A stretch of DNA of 64,000 nt from an uncultured Rivularia sp. (GTDB taxonomy: Bacteria; Cyanobacteriota; Cyanobacteriia; Cyanobacteriales; Nostocaceae), in contig OY762007.1 of NCBI GenBank assembly GCA_963665115.1, positions 4,192,001-4,256,000 of the forward strand, written 5' to 3'. Shown here one piece after another: positions 56,482-64,000 of this stretch (positions are counted from its first letter, which is position 1; each line of letters begins with the position of its first letter). A model generated the notes under the pieces. That model saw nothing but the letters and a program-made list of their open reading frames with translations. It made no database searches and was not told where the DNA came from. The position numbers and the translations under genes are program-made.

Positions 56482-57856
56482 ATGCCAAACATATTTACTG
56501 TCAACGAAAGCGATGCAACAGCAATGCAGCAAAGGTATGAGCAATTAATTGAAGTCTTGTTAAAAGCTGTATTGGATGTTGAACAAAATTCGGACAAACA
56601 AGGATTGAAAATATTTGATGGGGATAAATTAGTTTATGGACGTGATGAAAATCAATTTCGTGATCAAGTATCGGGTTTCTCAGGGGAACTATTAAATCCT
56701 CAATTAATCGCACAACTTCAACAATTGCGTTCTACTTCAATTGGGGAATTTGTAGATGGGGCTGCCAATAAGAAAGTTGAACTAGATGGGAAAGTTGTCT
56801 TACAATCTGATTCGGAAGGTAAGGTAATCGTTAACAATTTTTTGGAGCAAGAAGCTGTTACAGGTAAAAAGCCACAAAATTTAGAATATTGGGAAAATCT
56901 AGGTAATACTAGTCAAATTAATCAACCAGAATTATTGTCACCTTCTGACCCTACCTTCTTATACAAACTCACCTCCCGTTTCGGGTTCCACACGAGTAGC
57001 AGAATCACTTTCGGTATTAGAAGATAGTCCTTTGAAAACATTATTAATTACAGAGGTTGAACAATTAAAAGCAGAAATAAAAGCGTTACACCAAGAACGT
57101 AGTTTATATCAGGAGCTAATTGAGCAAAGGTTAAAGCAGCCACAAAATACCTCATGGTGGCAGCAAATTATTAATAATGCATCGACTGTCGTAAGCAGTG
57201 TAACTTCTGCCGTAAAAATAGGAGTACGTGAATTTAAAGAAAATTCAAAACAACATCAATTTGCAGCATCAATAAAAAACTTATTTCAATTGCAAACCCA
57301 AGCAGGAGAAAACCAGTATCAAGCTGGTGATTACCAAATCTCTCGCAATGGTTCGTTGTATGAAGTTAAAGATTCGGCGACAGATAAGCAAATAATACGG
57401 TTTCGAGACACAAATTTGGGAGTTCAGGTAGAAGAAAGCGATTTAGTAAATGTAAATATTCAAGATATTAACTCATTACAAAGTTCTCTACAAAAAAACG
57501 AACCAATTCCTGCATCTTTTGCGCCAGTCGGAAAACAAGAAGCTGAATACTTTGCTCGTATTGAGATAGTTACAAATGCGCTTGTAGAATATGCTGCTGC
57601 ACAACAGCGAGATGTAGAAATTGATGGTCGATTTTCTTACAAATGGAAAGCTAGTCCTGATGGTAACGTACAAATTGAAGCAAAAGATGGACGCAGTACT
57701 TTACTAGAAAAAACTGGAGGGCAGTTAACAAGTAATATGAACGAACGCGATTTAATCTATTTTGAGCAAATTTTACCTAACTTGCAGTCAAGAAGTCAAA
57801 GACAAGTAATTACATCTCAATCGAATCAAGCTACCGATAACAGCTTAGAAAGATAA
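56482..57856 (+). CDS. Hypothetical protein; +1 frameshift at 56949-56951
   Basis: Removing one C joins ORFs 56482 and 57032 without a stop. Confidence 0.6.
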
Positions 57857-57865
57857 TTTTATTAT

Positions 57866-59435
57866 ATGAAGTTCGATAAATTGAATTTATATATCGATTC
57901 TGGTATTCCAATTGTTTGTGTTAATGCCCCTTTACCAGAACGAATGAACGTATTAGATAAAATTTACATTGAATGCTCTAAAAGGCGGAATATACCCCTT
58001 CATGTATGGAATGCTGCTTGGGGATGCTTTAAGCAAGTAAAATATAATTCGCATTCAATTGGGAGCTTTATTAATCCACAACCTAAATACAATAATATTT
58101 TTACTAATTTTGATTACTTATTAAATAGTGATAAAGCAGGCATTTTTATATTTGAAAATCTATCATCATTAATCAGCATAGATTCTCCACAAATTGTTTC
58201 GTATTTAATCAATATTTACTTTGAGTTTAAGAATAGTGATAAATTGAAATGTTTGGTGATTTTATCAACTGATGATGTTGAGTTACCACAATCCTTGAGT
58301 AATTTGATTCCTAGTATTTCTTACCCACTTCCTAGTCATAAAGAAATTGCCACTTTAATAGAAGAATTTTTATATGAATCACTACCTATAGTAAACAAAC
58401 AGCCGTTAATAAGTGCTTGTGCTGGTTTAACAAAGGAGGAGATATGTGATGGGCTAAACATTGCACTAAATTCTTGTTCTCTATTAAGTTATGATGTTTT
58501 CACCCAACATTTACTTGAATATAAGATAAATCGCTTCCGTTCTTTCAATTTAAACTTTATAGCCAAACCAAACATTCCTGATTTTGGTGGTTTGGATTTA
58601 CTCAAAAAGTATATAGAAAATGTCAAATACGATTTTTCACCTCAAGCACGAACTGCGAATATTTCTCTTCCTAAAGGTTGCTTGCTGGTAGGGACCACCG
58701 GGAACGGGAAAGACTTTATCAGCTAATGTAATAGCTAAAATATTAGGGTTTCCTTTAATTAGTGTAGATACTGCTCTTATAATTACCGATGGTGCGATTT
58801 ACCTCAAACGTCTGTTAGAGCGAGTAGAAGCTTGCGCTCCTGTGGTGATGTATTTTGATGAATTTGATAAACTTTTTGCCGCGTCAAATGAGTCAGGAGA
58901 GGACATTAGTTCTCGCCAAATCTTGGGAACACTATTAACTTGGTTACAAGATAAAACAAGTGCAGTGTTTGTTGTTGCAACTCTAAACCGACTTGATGCA
59001 TTACCACCGGAGTTAACCAGGGTAGGAAGATTTGATGAAATATTTTATGTGGGATTTCCCCAAGCTATCGAACGGAAAGAAATTTTGATGATGCATCTTT
59101 CTAGATTTGATAACCGTTATAAAAATGGCGATGTGCTTTCAGAGAAAGAATGGCGAATTGTACTTAATAAAACTGTTAATTGTACGGGCGCTGAACTTGC
59201 ACAAATGGTTCAGAAGGCTGCGCGTAGCAAGTTCCATCAAGGTAAAAAGATGGAAATTGGGTTGCACGAACTATTAGAGCAGCGAGAAATGATGGTTCCT
59301 TTATACGTTAGAGATACGGATAGAATTTTAGCGATCGCCAATCGTGCAAAATATATTACTCAGCCTGCTTCGAGTCCGGATACATCGGTTTTTGCTCCCG
59401 CTATTACTAGCTTTTGGGGAGAAGTTTCTTCTTGA
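57866..59435 (+). CDS. AAA+ ATPase (Ycf46-like architecture); +1 frameshift at 58691-58693
   Basis: GGLDLLK, PKGCLLVGPPGTGKT after correction, YFDEFDK and PPELTRVGRFDEIF. Confidence 0.85.
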
Positions 59436-59529
59436 AATTCTGATAGACTTTAAATTATCAGTTTTGCGGCTACTGTAAGCCTGTTTGACATTACATCTAA
59501 AGCTAATTTAAAGCCCATTAGATAGGGTT

Positions 59530-60078
59530 GTGTATGCTGCCCCCGAATCTCATTTTTATAATTTTATGTTGACTGAACCCCATATCCTTGAATCATTAAG
59601 TCGAGCTTATATCCGAGCAGTAGCAGGAAAAGCAGGTTTGAATCTCTCTATCCGTGAATACGATTACGGGGTTGACGGCAACTTTGATGAAATAACTATC
59701 CGTAATAATCGACGTGTCGAGTCAGGCTTTTCTCTAAGCTTCCAATTAAAGGCTTCAACACAGTGGCAGCGAAACGATGATACTGTTATTTACGATTTGG
59801 AAGCAAAGACTTACAACGACTTAGTAATTCGTCGTAATTTCCGGATGGCTGTACCTTGTATTCTTATCTTGTTCGCTTTGCCTCCAAACTCATCCGAGTG
59901 GTTAATATACAATGAAGAAGAAATGCGACTCCGTGGCAGTTGTTACTGGGAATATCTTGGTGGTAAACCAACAGCAAACCGTCAAAGTGTTAGAATTAGG
60001 ATTCACCGGAAGCAACGCTTAACTCCAGAATCTTTGTTGGATTTAATAGAAAAAGTAAAAACGGGAGAGTGGTCATGA
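59530..60078 (+). CDS. DUF4365-like PD-(D/E)XK protein
   Basis: LSRAYIRAVA..DYGVDG..FQLKAS..YNDL. Confidence 0.75.
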   Translation: MYAAPESHFYNFMLTEPHILESLSRAYIRAVAGKAGLNLSIREYDYGVDGNFDEITIRNNRRVESGFSLSFQLKASTQWQRNDDTVIYDLEAKTYNDLVIRRNFRMAVPCILILFALPPNSSEWLIYNEEEMRLRGSCYWEYLGGKPTANRQSVRIRIHRKQRLTPESLLDLIEKVKTGEWS

Positions 60079-60386
60079 CAGAACAAATTCTCCAAGAGGA
60101 ATTGCAAACTAATCCTCTTAAGGTTAGCGATATAGTATCTTATCTTTATCAAAATGGTTGGCAAACAATAACACACCCAAATCCGCGTTTAATTGTATTT
60201 CAAGGTGCTGCTGACGATGAAGGAAATCCCATTCAAATTGTATTACCCAGCCAAAATACTTTTGAAGACAGTAATCGCTTGATAACAAAAGCTGTAAACC
60301 TACTAGCAGTAATTGAAGAAAAATCCCCGCATGAAATTATCGATTTAGTGACTCAAACTCATGCGGGTTCAACAACAAGCACTTAG
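60075..60386 (+). CDS. Small hypothetical protein coupled to the DUF4365 gene
   Basis: ATGA overlap with the upstream stop; YLYQNGW motif. Confidence 0.6.
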   Translation: MTEQILQEELQTNPLKVSDIVSYLYQNGWQTITHPNPRLIVFQGAADDEGNPIQIVLPSQNTFEDSNRLITKAVNLLAVIEEKSPHEIIDLVTQTHAGSTTST

Positions 60387-60507
60387 CTGTGAAAAACGAT
60401 AGTAAACAACTACTTATTTTTAGCAGTAACTATCTAGTAGAAGTTTCTTATTAAACCATAAGAATCCTTACATTTTTTTTACCCATAAGGTGTAACTAGA
60501 AAGATAA

Positions 60508-61341
60508 CTAATCGCATTGATTCTCATTCATCAATCTAGAAATCCTCGAAGCAATACTCTCCTTGGCGCAAGCTTTCAAAATTGCAGTAGCTTGTCTATT
60601 CCCTTTGTTAGCAAAGTATTCCCATACCGATAACCAATCTTCAAAGCTTAATGCGTATATACTTTTAATTTCATTTTGAGTTATTACCCGACATTCAACA
60701 GTATCAGTAGATAGCTTCAATCGAGAAAAAATCTTCGCTTTTGAGGGTGAGTATTGAACCAACCAACCGGGATTTGAGCTAATGGACTTTAAACCTTCAC
60801 GATGCTCGATACGATATTCTCCCGAACGCAACACCAAAATTTCTAAATTTATATTATTGTCCAATTTAATTGGAAGTGCTTTGGCTACTGTTACTCTATA
60901 GTCACCCGTGAAAAAATAGGGATTTGGCGTAACAGCTTTATCTCGTACTGGATTACATAATGCTGTTATCACATCCTGCCATTCATCGTTATCAAGCAGT
61001 AGCCGATGAAGCTTAAGTTTACCTTTATCTAAGAGTTTTTGTAAATAAATAGCAGCTACCGATAACGGATAAACTTGAATTTGTTTTCCATTCGCAAGTT
61101 CAACTCTTATTGTCTCTAAATCATTTGATTTAACAAAATTACTAACATCTACTTTTGGCTGACCAACTAATAATCCCATCTGTCGGTCACTCATGACTTT
61201 CATACCATTCGGCAACTCATAAACTGACCAGGAATATTGTTTCCAATGCCAATAACCTATAACTGTTTTAGGTGTTTCTAAACTATTTAGCCGAACAGTA
61301 TCAAGCTTTGCGTTGGTTTCTATTGATTCTTTTCGATTCAT
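60508..61341 (-). CDS. Hypothetical protein
   Basis: 277-aa ORF. Confidence 0.6.
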   Translation of the reverse strand: MNRKESIETNAKLDTVRLNSLETPKTVIGYWHWKQYSWSVYELPNGMKVMSDRQMGLLVGQPKVDVSNFVKSNDLETIRVELANGKQIQVYPLSVAAIYLQKLLDKGKLKLHRLLLDNDEWQDVITALCNPVRDKAVTPNPYFFTGDYRVTVAKALPIKLDNNINLEILVLRSGEYRIEHREGLKSISSNPGWLVQYSPSKAKIFSRLKLSTDTVECRVITQNEIKSIYALSFEDWLSVWEYFANKGNRQATAILKACAKESIASRISRLMNENQCD

Positions 61342-62143
61342 AAACTGCCAACTTCCTTTTTATGTTTCACAAGTTATTTACGGGCAAAAAAAAATTATCA
61401 TTGCATGGCAAAATAAATTCAAGCAACCCATTGCGAATTACTTTTATACGGTCTTTGTACAAAAACCAGACAATGATGTCTGGTTATGTTCTCCTAGTTA
61501 TAAATTGAAGCAAAAACACCCTAAACTTAATAATCTTTTTGAATGAAGATAACAACGTCATCAAAGATTATGTAGATTCAACTTACTAAGCTTATAGATA
61601 GTTGATGGAACTTTATTGATTCTTCAAAATTGGCTGATTGAGTTCATATTAGCTTAAAAAATTTGCAATAACAAAATCTTGACAGGCTAATATAAATACT
61701 TTATTGAGAGTAAAATATTTATTATTATTAGTTGGATATTATATTTACACCAGACTGCAACTATATTTGGATAAAAACACGCAAAAATTAGTTACTTTCA
61801 TATATATATGATCAACCTTAATCAATCTAGTAGCTTGCTAATAACAGCTTACTAGATGTTTGTTTATCTGCATTTAAGCACTACCTGTAAAATTTAATAA
61901 TTCCTGCAATGCTTATTAGAAGTAATTTTCTATAACCATCTGTAGTCTACAATTCTTTTTTATAGCTGATAAATTATCAAGCAGAGTATTTTTTATAACC
62001 GAGTATACTTAATTTTTAATTTCTATAGCTCGGCGAACTTTATTGTTTTGACCTAGAAATTCCGCAAAATGCAGGGGCAGGCTTAGTGTAGATAGATATC
62101 GGATACAACACGAGTTAATTAGTTTTAAAGCCTGCCCCTACAT

Positions 62144-63749
62144 TTAAGGTTCCATCTCATGACTTGAATCATTTGGCTTTAGTTCCATAGCGTGCGGTAG
62201 AGACTTTTGTACCGCGACTATTCTTTCAAAGGGCATAAAAGTGACTATAGTAGGCATATTTCGTAGGTATTCTAATGGTAATGGAGCGTATTCACTATCA
62301 ACCGAAAGGTATAGCGTCCTACATTTATGGGGAGCATTACTTGCTGTCAACTGCAATGCTTTGATAGGTGACTCTACCAATACTGCTTTTTTCGTAGCAG
62401 TCTCAGAGCTTTCACCCATACTTAAATGGAACCAACCTTTTGAACGTTTGCTTCCTGAATGCAAAATAAAATCATTACTACTTTGATTAGGAGAATATAG
62501 ATAAGCTCCTGTTGCTTCACCCCTTAAGCTCCGCGCCAAAAAAACTGCATTACCTTTGATATCTGCATATATCAACTTTCGTTTATATAAGATTTGAACT
62601 AAGCTTTGAGGAATAGAATGTTTTTGTTTGAGATAGTATTCAACTTGCTGCCAATGACTGGGTGAAGGAGACGGTGGTACGAATTGTGTATGAGACTTTT
62701 GATGTGCAATGCTTAATGCTTTGTCAACTGCTTGATTTTTAACCGCAGCTAACATACGCTCGGAGCCAAATCTATCGCACAACCAAACAAGTGCATCATC
62801 GAATTTACATTGATTGACTTGCATTACTAAGTCAATAGCGTCACTTGAGTGTAATTGCCTATCTTGATTTAATCCAAGTTCGTAAGCGACTAATTCTAAA
62901 GGTAATTTTTGAGGTTGAATTGATGTTTTAAGAATTTCTAATTCGGATTCTATCTGTTGCCGTAGTGTTTCGCCGCAACGTGTAGTTTGCTCTAATTGTC
63001 CTTTTTGTCTGAATAAGCGAGAGCGTTCGTTGAGTTGGTAATTAATTATCTCAAACTCTGGAGTTAGAATTTCAATAACTCGCTGTCGATATTCTTCACC
63101 TGTTTCATGTACCAGGGCTTTGGGAAAAAAGCGTTCTACATTTAGAAGTTGAGAATCTTGATTGACAGCAGAATAATATTTTTTGAGTGTTGTATAGGTA
63201 GCTGTGCTGCCTTTAATCCCACGAGATATCCCCAAATGTGCAACAGCATCTCCAAAACTATCTTGTAGTTCAGATAATTTAATTTTTCCACCAAATAATC
63301 CACGACAGTTAAGCTTGCCTCTTTCATCTATTGGTACGAGATAAGCGTGAACATGAGGTGTAATTTCGTCGAGGTGTAACTCTGCTCTGACTATTCGTTT
63401 CTCCCCAAGAAGACTGCAACCAATTAACTGTTGCTTCCACAAATTTATCTAAACGTTGTTTGTCATAAATTCCCGCTTCATGAGGTGCTTGCGGACGGAA
63501 ATAGGAAGCACTAGCACTAAGCAGCATTTCTACTGCAAGCACAGCATTTGAACGGATTTTCTGCAAACCAATTTTGTCTTTTACCAAAGTTGATAAATTT
63601 ATCTCGTCCTTTTCACCAATAATTCGTATATTAGTGACTTCTGGGTTGGCATTTGGCGTATCTCTTTTTCTTGTGGCGTGAGCTTCATTGCCTTGCAACA
63701 TTCCCCAGGTTTTGATTTTTTGGATTCTGCAAACAGCTAGTGGCATCAT
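62144..63749 (-). CDS. MobV (Mob/Pre) relaxase with C-terminal TOPRIM-like region; frameshift near 63398-63406
   Basis: AHATRKRDTPNA, RSNAVLAVEMLLSAS and HLDEITPHVHAYLVP; C-terminal LVESPIKA. Confidence 0.88.
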
Positions 63750-64000
63750 GCTGATATGAAATTATGTAGCGATTATTACTATAGTAATCAATTTTAATTA
63801 ACTTCTGTTCTAGCTAAATTTTTGCTTGTAGAACAGTAGTTTTTCAGGTATTTGTTCTTAATTATATTTGTGTGTTAACACGTAAAACACCCCTATTTGT
63901 AAACTAATTTGAAGTTATAATTGATCGGATGATAGCTTCTTATAAATGTATTTTTACACAGATTTATTTTAAGATATTTACAGTTGAAATTAATATGTAG

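Larger units (their letters stand above)
35205..64000. mobile_element. Large serine-recombinase element interrupting hupS; ICE-like (far end outside window)
   Basis: hupS breaks about 55 bp before the recombinase start. Replication, T4SS and relaxase genes follow, and no hupS 5' part is present in the window. Confidence 0.8.

Overview
Window from a heterocyst-forming cyanobacterium (HIP1 GCGATCGC sites, STRR heptamer repeats). It holds the 3' part of the nif cluster (nifD'-nifK-nifE-nifN-nifX-orf-orf-nifW-hesA-hesB-fdxH) and the uptake hydrogenase locus (hupW, hupL, hupS'). Five of these genes are split by six site-specific excision elements. (1) A canonical nifD element with xisA (right end only, core GGATTACTCCG). 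(2,3) Two back-to-back ~1.85 kb recombinase-only elements in nifK, which isolate a 34-bp micro-segment encoding QGSQGCVAYFR, including a P-cluster Cys. (4) An inverted 1.9 kb element in nifN at the codon homologous to the first nifK site. (5) An 8.7 kb xisC-type hupL element (20-bp direct repeat) whose cargo includes a long structured RNA candidate in front of an RNase III domain. (6) An element of at least 28.8 kb in hupS that starts with a large serine recombinase and carries an antirepressor, a primase-helicase, a VirB4/VirD4 conjugation cluster and a MobV relaxase, i.e. an apparent conjugative element (ICE) inside a heterocyst gene. The tyrosine elements share a readable cis-code: element-specific repeat pairs with 11-bp period plus common WGW-N9-ACW sites. 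About a dozen single-base homopolymer frameshifts, mostly at GACC, look like sequencing error. All coordinates were counted by hand and no database searches were run.
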